A stretch of 19,545 bases of DNA. Source: Opitutales bacterium. GTDB taxonomy: Bacteria; Verrucomicrobiota; Verrucomicrobiia; Opitutales; Coraliomargaritaceae. Positions within the stretch are counted from its first letter, which is position 1. Each line of letters begins with the position of its first letter. The DNA lies in NCBI GenBank assembly GCA_049598495.1, contig JBMYNR010000031.1:1-19545 (forward strand). The letters are read 5' to 3'. Of this stretch, positions 1-12,707 are shown one piece after another. The position numbers and the translations under genes are program-made. The notes below the pieces were generated by a model. That model was given only the letters and a program-made list of their open reading frames with translations, was not told where the DNA came from and did no database searches.

Positions 1-1423
1 CCTGAGGGTCGTTGAGGGCTGAGACTTGAAGCCTGAGGTCTGAGTGGAGAGAGCGCTCTCGTTTGTAGCGTGGTGCGGTGGGCATCCAGTTTGCGGAGCG
101 TTCGGTCTCCAGATCGAAGACGGTGCCGTCATGGGCATCGAGGATCCAATGAACGGTGGATGGGGGTGCGCGTGGGCTGCGCGCTTTGGTGAGGGTGATG
201 GGCTCCCAGAGCCCGTGGCGTTCGAGTTGTTGGCGGATTGCGGTGGGGTCGCGCACGGGTTTGAGTGGGCACATTTCGCTGCCGCAGCAGGGGCACTTAA
301 GAGGGTCGCAGCCCCAGATGTCGAAAATGCGTTGTCTCCAGTGGCGTTTCGCACGGGGCAGAGTGCTGATATCCGGCGGCTTGTGTGGACACGGCGCCCT
401 ATCTTTTGTCATCTTAGCTTCTTTGCGCATGCCCCGTGATTTGTTGCTGTAGAGGCCGTAGTAGCGGAGGGTCTGGAAGCCCTTGGGCGGGGTGTGCTCG
501 TAGAGTGCGGCGACGAAGTCGGGGCCGGAGAAAAGCTCGAAGTTGCGCTTGGTGCGCCAACTGCAGGAGGAGCGGTAGAGGACGGTTCTAGTTTGGGCGT
601 TCCATGACATCTTCTGAAGCGAGATGGGCGCGCGGAGGAAATATTGGGCGAGTCGTTCGAGGGCCTGTCCGTCGTCGGCTCCGATCGCGGTTTCGCCTTG
701 GTCGATGTTGAAGCCGTGATGTTTCCAGCGCAGAAGTTTGTTGGCCTGACGGGGAGAGATCCACTTGAGTTCCAGCAGTCGGTGGAGAACCTTGTGACGA
801 AAGATTTGGGCGAGCTGCTGGCAGCTGGCACTACGGATAAGATGGAACCGATGCTCTTTATCGAAGACGCCTGCGGTGGCGAGACAGTGGATGTGTGGGT
901 GGTAAGCGAGGTAGTCGCCGAAGGTGTGGATGGCTAGAACCATACCAGCGCGGCCATCAGGGAGGGCGGCCTGCTCGCGCAGCCAGTCCTGCAGGGTGTG
1001 GGTGACGAGGTGGCAAAGCTCGGTGAGGCGGTGAGGGTCTTTGCGGAAGACATTGCGCAAGACGCGTGGCAGAGTGAAGACCCAGTGGCGATGCGGGACG
1101 GGGAGGCAGACCTCGTCCCGAATAAAGGTGGCTGTATCGAGGGCGCGTCGCTGATGGCAGCTGGGGCAGCGGCCCCGCCGCTTACAGGTGAAGGGGAGAA
1201 GATAGTGGTGACCGCAGTCTGAGCAGTGGACGCGAAGAAAGCCGTTGGCGAGGTCGCCGCAGCGAAGACTGTCGTGAAGGGCGGTTTCCCGCGAAGCATC
1301 AAGTGGCCCGAGGTATTTTGAGCGATATGGATAGTATTCTGCCGCGAAGGTATCGAGTGAGGCTTGCAGGCACTGCCAGAGAGGCGAACTGCGGGCTTGG
1401 CGCGGCCTGTATTGTCGGGACAT
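1..1423 (-). CDS. IS91-family (ISCR-type, single catalytic Tyr) rolling-circle transposase; 3' end runs off the window edge
   Basis: Manual minus-strand translation from ATG 1423 is open for 474 codons to the edge and is absent from the ORF track. Landmarks: MSRQYRPRQ...LRCGDLANGFLRVHCSDCGHHYLLPFTCKRRGRCPSCHQRR (Zn-binding domain), HRHWVFTLP, IHTFGDYLAYHPHIHCL (HUH motif), LERLAQYFLRAP (catalytic Tyr), LRYYGLYSN, DPLKCPCCGSEM, RAPP. Confidence 0.93.
   Translation of the reverse strand, partial: MSRQYRPRQARSSPLWQCLQASLDTFAAEYYPYRSKYLGPLDASRETALHDSLRCGDLANGFLRVHCSDCGHHYLLPFTCKRRGRCPSCHQRRALDTATFIRDEVCLPVPHRHWVFTLPRVLRNVFRKDPHRLTELCHLVTHTLQDWLREQAALPDGRAGMVLAIHTFGDYLAYHPHIHCLATAGVFDKEHRFHLIRSASCQQLAQIFRHKVLHRLLELKWISPRQANKLLRWKHHGFNIDQGETAIGADDGQALERLAQYFLRAPISLQKMSWNAQTRTVLYRSSCSWRTKRNFELFSGPDFVAALYEHTPPKGFQTLRYYGLYSNKSRGMRKEAKMTKDRAPCPHKPPDISTLPRAKRHWRQRIFDIWGCDPLKCPCCGSEMCPLKPVRDPTAIRQQLERHGLWEPITLTKARSPRAPPSTVHWILDAHDGTVFDLETERSANWMPTAPRYKRERSLHSDLRLQVSALNDPQ
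12..46. repeat. Degenerate 7-bp tandem repeat (YTGARNN)x5
   Basis: ttgaggg-ctgagac-ttgaagc-ctgaggt-ctgagtg, with a further out-of-phase ctgaggg at 2-8. It lies inside the C-terminal extension of the transposase ORF. Confidence 0.55.
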
Positions 1424-1461
1424 GCTTCATAATAGTAAACAAAAGTTTACTATTATGAAGC
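1424..1461. repeat. Perfect 17-bp inverted repeat with a 4-nt loop abutting the transposase start codon
   Basis: GCTTCATAATAGTAAAC-AAAA-GTTTACTATTATGAAGC. It contains a sigma70-like TTCATA-N16-TACTAT on both strands. Confidence 0.9.
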
Positions 1462-1472
1462 TCGGGTTGTTC

Positions 1473-2061
<589 letters not shown>

Positions 2062-2084
<23 letters not shown>

Positions 2085-2301
2085 TCCATTTTTCGATGAT
2101 CAGGTCTTTGTGAGACTCGGCGAGGCTTTGTGCTTTGGAGAGTTCCTTAACTTTGAGCCCGGCGGATTCCCTCAATTCGATTGTCTCATAGATATTAAAA
2201 ACAGCTTCTCCGCCAGCATAACGAACATGAACATGGATAGGTTCGTGGTCATTACTGTAGAAGAAAAATTAGTATCCGTCTTGTTCGAAGACGACTGGCG
2301 T
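2062..2301 (-). pseudogene. DUF4160 family (putative toxin) pseudogene
   Basis: Manual translation of 80 codons: (T)PVVFEQDGY*FFFYSNDHEPIHVHVRYAGGEAVF...LAESHKDLIIEKWNEHAQRQ*. The DUF4160 motifs DHEPIHVHV and W-NE are present. The start codon position reads ACG (2301-2299) and codon 11 is an in-frame TAA (2271-2269). Confidence 0.88.
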
Positions 2302-2308
2302 GAGTATA

Positions 2309-2336
2309 AATCTACTTTATTCGGGGGTTTATGCAA
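2309..2336 (-). promoter_or_regulatory. Putative sigma70-type promoter of the DUF4160/DUF2442 locus
   Basis: TTGCAT-N16-TAGATT, ending 7 nt before the mutated start codon. Confidence 0.4.
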
Positions 2337-2351
2337 CTGGTATGTGAGTCA

Positions 2352-2418
2352 GTCGAATCCCGAATCGTCATCGAAATCGTGTGGTGTGATCGATTACGAT
2401 TGCGATTTGGATTTCGAC
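2352..2418. repeat. Gene-less inverted hexamer stem-loop of the same family as the arms at 5131-5169 and 5564-5611
   Basis: Arm 2352-2379 gtcgaatcccgaatcgtcatcgaaatcg matches the reverse complement of 2391-2418 (cgattacgattgcgatttggatttcgac) at 22/28 positions, with an 11-nt loop. It contains the GATTTGGATTTCGA unit. Confidence 0.75.
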
Positions 2419-2424
2419 GAAACG

Positions 2425-2454
2425 AAAAAGGCCGTCCCTCGCGGAACGGCCTTT
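2425..2454 (-). terminator. Rho-independent terminator downstream of gyrA
   Basis: Minus strand reads AAAG-GCCGTTCC-GCGA-GGGACGGC-CTTTTT: a GC-rich stem with a GNRA loop and a U-tract. Confidence 0.85.
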
Positions 2455-2467
2455 GGAAATAGAGGTG

Positions 2468-2602
2468 CGGTTCGAGGACGAACCTGCGCTACCTTGGAGC
2501 GGGCGCCGCGAGCGACGCCCCTACGATTACTTGAACTGTTGAGGGTAGGGCCCGATATCCCTATCGGCCGATGGCGGTTCGCTAGGGATAGCGAACCCTA
2601 CC
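2468..2602. repeat. Cluster of four GTAG-type REP-like palindromes (BIME-like) in the gyrA 3' UTR
   Basis: GGTAGCGCAGGTTCGTCCTCGAACCG (2493-2468, minus); GTAGGGGCGTCGCTCGCGGCGCCCG (2524-2500, minus); GGTAGGGCCCGATATCCCTATCGGCCG (2544-2570, plus); GGTAGGGTTCGCTATCCCTAGCGAACCG (2602-2575, minus). Each is GTAG followed by a short hairpin, and the last two form an inverted pair. Confidence 0.8.
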
Positions 2603-2605
2603 TGC

Positions 2606-5092
<2,487 letters not shown>

Positions 5093-5111
5093 TATCTATT
5101 TCTTTGAAAAG

Positions 5112-5552
5112 TTACTTTGCTTGGTTTTGCTCCAAATCGAAATCCAAATCGAAATCCAAATCGAAATCCTCATCGCCATAGCTGGCCTGCTCTTCCTTCA
5201 CGGAAAAGCCTCGTCCGCCAAGCCGACTGAGCATGACGCTGATGCGATCGATGTCGTGCTTGCGTGACTCGTGCTCCTCCTGCTCGAGAGCATTGCAGGC
5301 GAATAGAACGTCTTGCACTGCGGCGCACTCTAAAGCTGAGCCGCGAGCGATTTCAAAAAATCGTCGGCGGTCGGCTGAGGTGGATTTGCCGTTGCCCTCC
5401 GCGATGTTGAGCGGGATAGATTGGCTGGCACGCAACCATTGGTCGCGTGCATGGCGATGAGCGCCCGTAAGCTTCTCGGCACGCTGGAAGACCCACGCGA
5501 CGTATTGAATCGCGAGTTGGTAAACATCCAGTTTTTCGTGGCCGAGTGACAT
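5112..5552 (-). CDS. Four helix bundle protein (23S rRNA intervening-sequence protein / TIGR02436-like family)
   Basis: 146 aa; HEKLDVYQLA...RDQWLRASQSIPLNIAEGNGK...RRRFFEIARGSALECAA. The C-terminal DFDLDFDLDFDL is the translated repeat arm. Confidence 0.93.
   Translation of the reverse strand: MSLGHEKLDVYQLAIQYVAWVFQRAEKLTGAHRHARDQWLRASQSIPLNIAEGNGKSTSADRRRFFEIARGSALECAAVQDVLFACNALEQEEHESRKHDIDRISVMLSRLGGRGFSVKEEQASYGDEDFDLDFDLDFDLEQNQAK
5131..5169. repeat. Tandem (TCCAAATCGAAA)x3+TCC; downstream arm of the inverted repeat around the four-helix-bundle gene
   Basis: Read directly. 5131-5168 is the reverse complement of 5567-5604 with one mismatch (at 5594). Confidence 0.95.
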
Positions 5553-5563
5553 TAACAGTAGGG

Positions 5564-5611
5564 TTCGATTTCGATTTGGATTTCGATTTGGATATCGATT
5601 TGGATATCGAT
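5564..5611. repeat. Eight tandem hexamers (TTCGAT/TTGGAT/ATCGAT); upstream arm of the inverted repeat
   Basis: ttcgat ttcgat ttggat ttcgat ttggat atcgat ttggat atcgat. On the minus strand it begins 3 nt after the gyrB stop and ends 11 nt before the four-helix-bundle ATG. Confidence 0.95.
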
Positions 5612-5614
5612 TGG

Positions 5615-8191
<2,577 letters not shown>

Positions 8192-8378
8192 TTAAAAAAT
8201 GGCCCTTTTTGAGATTTTTTATAGACCTGGCAAAGTATTGATGAACAATAGGATACGAATCTATTTATGCGAACTGATCGAGGTGCTTTTCATCTCCTCT
8301 GAAAAGCACGATGTTCGGGCTTAAAAATGGCTGAAAATCGAGCCTGGAGGGCCCTCTGGGCGGCCTTCTTCTTTTAAG

Positions 8379-8406
8379 TTTACTTCTTGAGTCATCAGCC
8401 TAACTT
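8379..8406 (+). promoter_or_regulatory. Putative promoter of the Rrf2 gene
   Basis: TTTACT-N16-TAACTT, ending 7 nt before GTG 8414, in the AT-rich divergent gyrB/Rrf2 spacer. Confidence 0.35.
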
Positions 8407-8413
8407 TGGGCTC

Positions 8414-8830
8414 GTGAAGCTTTCCCACAAACTTGAGTATGCCTGTCGTGTTTTGGCCCAATTAGGCCGCAGTCTGGATCAGAAAAAGCTGGCCCATATT
8501 GAGACTTTGGCGCGTGCCGAAGCTGTCCCGGCCAATTACCTCGTCCAGATTCTCAACGAATTACGAACCGCAGGGCTGATTATCAGTAAGCGGGGGAAGC
8601 AGGGAGGCTATGCGCTTGCGCGGATCCCGGAGAAGATCACACTTCTCGAGATAGTTGAAGCAGTCGATTCCGAGTTGTTGGACTGTAGCTTTGAGGACGC
8701 AGGTCACTCAGGTCATCGGGTTGCCGCTATTTGGAGTGAGATCGGAGGGAGTTTTGAGGCTAAGATACGTGAATACACGCTCGCTGACTTTATTGTGGTC
8801 GGCGCGGATGCAGAGATGTATTATATCTGA
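8414..8830 (+). CDS. Rrf2 family transcriptional regulator, CymR-like
   Basis: MKLSHKLEYACRVL...YLVQILNELRTAGLIISKRGKQGGYALAR..ITLLEIVEAVD is an Rrf2 winged HTH. It has no IscR 3-Cys motif and ends in MYYI, like the CymR MFYI tail. GTG 8414 is preferred over the track's TTG 8387. Confidence 0.92.
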   Translation: MKLSHKLEYACRVLAQLGRSLDQKKLAHIETLARAEAVPANYLVQILNELRTAGLIISKRGKQGGYALARIPEKITLLEIVEAVDSELLDCSFEDAGHSGHRVAAIWSEIGGSFEAKIREYTLADFIVVGADAEMYYI

Positions 8831-8847
8831 TTCGATTCGAATCAGAT
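8825..8847. repeat. Perfect palindrome overlapping the Rrf2 stop codon (possible terminator or stability hairpin)
   Basis: ATCTGATTCGA-T-TCGAATCAGAT; no U-tract on either side. Confidence 0.6.
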
Positions 8848-8925
8848 GAGTGGGAAGGTTAAAAGTGGAAGGTGAGAAGGTCTCGGTTACTTTCGAACTT
8901 TCACACCTACGACTTTCATACTTCC
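8848..8925. repeat. Degenerate inverted 7-8-mer tandem repeat between convergent genes
   Basis: Left arm gggaaggt-taaaagt-ggaaggt-gagaaggt; right arm actttcga-actttcac-acctacg-actttcat-acttcc (GAARGT versus ACTTTC units). Confidence 0.6.
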
Positions 8926-8933
8926 GAGCTGGC

Positions 8934-10751
8934 TCAGAAGTCCCAAAACATGGGAACGACTGCAACAGTAACGGTGAAGCAGAGCAGATTCAGCGGTAGC
9001 CCGACCCTGGTGAAGTCGAAGAAACGATAGCCACCTACGCCGTAGACGTAGGTATTCGTCTGGTATCCGATCGGTGTGGCAAAGCTTGCAGATGCGGCGA
9101 TACAGCTCGCAACAACAAAGGGTCTGGGATCGACTCCGAGAGTTGCTGCGATACTAAGTGCGATGGGCACCATGAGGGCGACTGCGGCATTATTGGAAAG
9201 AAATTCCGTGAAAGTCGATGTAATCAAATAGATAAGCGCCAGCATAATGACGTTTTGGAGATGTGCGGGGGCGAAGTGAGCGACCGTGTCTGTCATATTC
9301 TCAGCGATCAATAAGCTGGCTCCCGTTGAATCCATCGCCTGGCCGAGTGCGAGCATGCCGAATATAATGATTAAGATACCCCATTCGACGGAGGCATAGG
9401 CCTCCTTGGGCTTTATACAGCCAGAGAGTAGGATAATGGCGACACCCAAACAGACGGCTGCGACGATGGGCACAAGGTTGAGTGTGGCGAGGGTTACAAT
9501 GCCAATGCTCGTACCAATGGCGATTGGCATCTTTACCCGCAAGCTGCGTGCGGGCAATCGGGGCCGGTCGAGGATGATAATTTCGTCACTATTGGCCAAC
9601 GAATTGATTGCCTCCGTCGAACCCATCATGAGCAGGGTGTCGCCCTCCTGGAGGCGGAGGCTGCTGAGGCGTTCTCGCTGGTTTGTGCCTTTTCGGTGCA
9701 CGGCAACAATGACCATACGAAAACGTTGCCGGAAATTAATTTCGCCCAGAGTGAGGCCCGCGATCGAGGCGTGTGGGGCCACCACGCCCTCAACCAGAGC
9801 ACCTTCATCGGTGGCAATCGTTTCGAGCCCCTCAGCGAGATCAGATTGAATGGTGATTCCCTTCATCGAGTGTGCTTCGGCAATGCCGGAGGGACGACAG
9901 GCGAGAACAAGACGGTCGCCGTATTGAAGGGTCTGCTCCTTCGGGTCACCCGGGACCGCGACCCCATGACGGACAATTTCCAGAAGGCGGATGCCGCGCC
10001 CCTTGAGGAGCTCGCTCTCTTTGACTGTGCGCCCGTGCCAGCTGGAGCCGGATTTGACGAAGGCTTCTGTGATAAACTCCTTTCGCTCCTCATCGGTGAG
10101 TATTGAAGTAAGTGTCTCGCGGTGAGGGAGTAGTTTGTTTCCGAAGAGCACTAGGTAGAGCGTGCCGACTGCGAGGATAGGCAGGCCAACCGAGGCCAGT
10201 TCGAACATACCGATTGGTGCGTGTCCTGCATCACGTAAGATGCCGCTTGCGAGAAGATTCGTGCTCGTTCCGAGAAGTGTGCAGGTGCCGCCGAAGATGG
10301 ACGCATAGGAGAGGGGGATGAGAAGCTTGGAGGAGGCAACGCCCATTTCGCGGGACAGTGAGAGGATGACCGGCATCAGGACGATTACGACCGGGGTGTT
10401 GTTAACGAAGGCCGAGACCCCGGCGACGCCGATGGCCATGATGAAGATAAAACTACGGTAGGGGAATTTAACCAGTTTCCTGAGATAGCCGGTAATGAGG
10501 TCAATGGCTCCCGTTCGTTCCAGTGCCGCGCTGACGATGAACATTCCGGCGATGGTCAAGGGTGCTGAATTGCCGAATACCCCAAGCGTCGCCTCTAAAG
10601 AAGGCAGTTCCGTGCTCTTCGTTACCATACTGACAAAGAGAAGGATGCCGAAGACCGTCAGGGCGGTGAGGTCCGCCGAGATGCGCTCCCAAATGAAACT
10701 CCCGATGGCGAATGCCAAGAGCGCGAAGACAAAGATTATTTCCCAAGTCAT
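8934..10751 (-). CDS. SLC13/DASS family permease with two TrkA-C domains (di/tricarboxylate or sulfate transporter)
   Basis: 605 aa; [24 protein letters not shown], central soluble TrkA-C repeats, [33 protein letters not shown]. Confidence 0.92.
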   Translation of the reverse strand: MTWEIIFVFALLAFAIGSFIWERISADLTALTVFGILLFVSMVTKSTELPSLEATLGVFGNSAPLTIAGMFIVSAALERTGAIDLITGYLRKLVKFPYRSFIFIMAIGVAGVSAFVNNTPVVIVLMPVILSLSREMGVASSKLLIPLSYASIFGGTCTLLGTSTNLLASGILRDAGHAPIGMFELASVGLPILAVGTLYLVLFGNKLLPHRETLTSILTDEERKEFITEAFVKSGSSWHGRTVKESELLKGRGIRLLEIVRHGVAVPGDPKEQTLQYGDRLVLACRPSGIAEAHSMKGITIQSDLAEGLETIATDEGALVEGVVAPHASIAGLTLGEINFRQRFRMVIVAVHRKGTNQRERLSSLRLQEGDTLLMMGSTEAINSLANSDEIIILDRPRLPARSLRVKMPIAIGTSIGIVTLATLNLVPIVAAVCLGVAIILLSGCIKPKEAYASVEWGILIIIFGMLALGQAMDSTGASLLIAENMTDTVAHFAPAHLQNVIMLALIYLITSTFTEFLSNNAAVALMVPIALSIAATLGVDPRPFVVASCIAASASFATPIGYQTNTYVYGVGGYRFFDFTRVGLPLNLLCFTVTVAVVPMFWDF

Positions 10752-10765
10752 ATTGGTTCTGCGTG

Positions 10766-11593
10766 CTAGGTCGTGGAAGCTTGGATGGCTGGTAGATCGT
10801 CAACTTCCTCACTTTTTGCCCAATGGTAGAAGGATATTCCGAGAATTGTAAGTGAAAATCCCATATTCACGACTTTCATGATGATGCCGCCGAGGATTTG
10901 ATCATTAAGGGGGTCGAGTTCGTAGAGCCAGGCGGCCCATTCCAATGCAATACGAGGTGCGTAGGCATAGGTCGGGTAGAGGGCCTCGCCTGCGAAAGAG
11001 AGAAAGGCGAAGACAGGCAGCTGCCCGACCATAAGCAGGAAGATTGCGACCATACGTATGCCGTAGCTGCGTCGAGGGACACGCGTTGAATTCGTCAGGT
11101 AGGGCCAGAGCATGATCAAACCAAGGGAGAACATAGTCCAGTGCTCCAGAATGTGCATGCGTTTGTTTTGCAGCGCTGCCTCATAGAGTGCGGGGACATG
11201 CCAGACTGTGTAGACGAAAGTAAAAAGCAGTCCTCCGCAAGCTGGGTGGGTTAGGACGCGCATGGCTTTTGTGATACCTGAGGGCTTTAAGAGCCAGTCA
11301 ATCAACCAGGCGGGCGTGCCGTAGATGAAAAGAGTCGAGGCGACGTAAATCAGCAGCATGTGCTGGAGCATGTGGGCGGAGAAAAGGAATTGTTCGCCGA
11401 GTTGGTCGAGAGGTGAACCTACCGAGAGGTAGGTTATGCTCAGACCCGAAAAGAAGAGTATGCATTGACGCAGTGGGAAATCGATCCTGCCGGCAATGCG
11501 AGAGCGAAAGGGTCCGATGGCCAAAGCGTATAGCCAACCCAGGCCGAGCAGCGTGCATAGCAGGAGTGGTTCGGTATGCCAGTGCAGTTGCAT
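10766..11593 (-). CDS. ctaG: Cytochrome c oxidase assembly factor, caa3-type CtaG
   Basis: [51 protein letters not shown] 11593 (MQLHWHTEP) is chosen; the ORF is open up to TTG 11662. Confidence 0.9.
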   Translation of the reverse strand: MQLHWHTEPLLLCTLLGLGWLYALAIGPFRSRIAGRIDFPLRQCILFFSGLSITYLSVGSPLDQLGEQFLFSAHMLQHMLLIYVASTLFIYGTPAWLIDWLLKPSGITKAMRVLTHPACGGLLFTFVYTVWHVPALYEAALQNKRMHILEHWTMFSLGLIMLWPYLTNSTRVPRRSYGIRMVAIFLLMVGQLPVFAFLSFAGEALYPTYAYAPRIALEWAAWLYELDPLNDQILGGIIMKVVNMGFSLTILGISFYHWAKSEEVDDLPAIQASTT

Positions 11594-11683
11594 GTCGTCG
11601 TGTAGGCTGTCGAAACTTCCCGAAAAAGTAAAGGGCGGCAGACTTGAATCTGACGCCCTCAAATCAATTTTCTTTCAGCGCTG

Positions 11684-12043
11684 TCAGAACTGTGTGATTG
11701 CTTCCATGTCGGCGTAACTGCGGGACATGAGGAAGCCGAGGGCGATGAATGTCCCGGTTGCAATGACCATTCCAGTTCCGAACGCTAGCGTCAGGATCAG
11801 CTTGTCATAAATCAGATGCATGAACCAAGCGATGACTGCGACGAATTTTAAGAGAGAGAGAACCAATAGAACCGTGAAGATGAAGATGGGATGAAAGGGT
11901 ATGTAAACGAGTACCAGTTCGATGCCCGTGATGGCTGCGAGGCCGAGCGCGAGATTCACGAACGCGTGGTATTTTGCAGTTTCCGGGTCTTCGATGCTCG
12001 TATCCGGGGACACGGGGACGGGATCATATGCAGTATCGTTCAT
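11684..12043 (-). CDS. ctaF: Cytochrome c oxidase subunit IV (caa3-type)
   Basis: 119 aa, three hydrophobic segments, [16 protein letters not shown] motif, position directly after subunit III. Confidence 0.85.
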   Translation of the reverse strand: MNDTAYDPVPVSPDTSIEDPETAKYHAFVNLALGLAAITGIELVLVYIPFHPIFIFTVLLVLSLLKFVAVIAWFMHLIYDKLILTLAFGTGMVIATGTFIALGFLMSRSYADMEAITQF

Positions 12044-12051
12044 AGTCGGTA

Positions 12052-12669
12052 TTAGTGGATTCCTGGGATGTATTCGATCAAATAGACGGCCGTAAAAATC
12101 ACAATCCAGACAATGTCGACGAAGTGCCAGTAGAGGCCCGCGACTTCGACGTCGACAGCACTTTCGTGGGCGTCCATTTTACCCGTGTGCGAGTAAAAGT
12201 ACATACAGATTAGCCAGAAGATGCCGATTGCCACGTGTACGCCGTGTGTGCCCGTCATCATGTAGAAAGTGGAGCCAAAGGTATTGGTGGAAAGGGTCAG
12301 TCCTTCGTGCACGAAGTGGGAGAACTCATAGACTTGGCAGCCGAGGAAGATAAGTCCGAAGAAGATGACGCCGATGACATTGCGACGGAAGCTCTTCAGT
12401 TGCCCCTTGTGCATGGCCGAGACAGCTAGGGCCATTAGAAAGGAGCTCATCAATAGGATGAAAGTCGAAAAAGAGGTCAGTTCGAGATCGAAGACGCTGG
12501 TCGGAATATATGACTCTGGGTAGAGTTTCCGGTAAATTAGGTGCGTTGAAATAAGAGTTCCGAAGAACATGCAGTCCGAACCGAGGAAGAGCCACATAAG
12601 GAGCTTCTTATTGTCGATCATCAGGCTGGAGTGTCCGTCGTCTTGATGTGCTGTAGCGGATTCAGACAT
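12052..12669 (-). CDS. ctaE: Cytochrome c oxidase subunit III
   Basis: [38 protein letters not shown]. Confidence 0.95.
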   Translation of the reverse strand: MSESATAHQDDGHSSLMIDNKKLLMWLFLGSDCMFFGTLISTHLIYRKLYPESYIPTSVFDLELTSFSTFILLMSSFLMALAVSAMHKGQLKSFRRNVIGVIFFGLIFLGCQVYEFSHFVHEGLTLSTNTFGSTFYMMTGTHGVHVAIGIFWLICMYFYSHTGKMDAHESAVDVEVAGLYWHFVDIVWIVIFTAVYLIEYIPGIH

Positions 12670-12707
12670 GATTTGAAAAGCTGAAATTTAGAGTAATGGA
12701 AACTGGA

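Larger units (their letters stand above)
1..1472 (-). mobile_element. ISCR/IS91-like element; putative terIS end near 1472, oriIS end outside the window
   Basis: Transposase CDS, subterminal palindrome at 1424-1461, and GTTC at 1469-1472 (GAAC on the transposase strand), the tetranucleotide known at the terIS ends of IS801/IS1294-type elements. The exact boundary is inferred. Confidence 0.6.

Noticed and set aside
44..1302. Track ORFs 44..439, 156..452, 409..831, 644..937, 934..1302 and 998..1222
   Set aside because: All are alternative-frame or antisense shadows of the transposase frame (1423 to the edge), which carries the family motifs.
5131..5611. CRISPR array
   Set aside because: The repeats are contiguous 6/12-mers without spacers, and no cas genes are present.
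5112..5614. Diversity-generating retroelement, because the four-helix bundle is Avd-like
   Set aside because: No reverse transcriptase and no TR/VR pair with adenine-specific mismatches in the window.
5112..5614. 23S rRNA gene or true rRNA intervening sequence
   Set aside because: The flanks are gyrB and gyrA coding sequence, and no rRNA sequence is visible.
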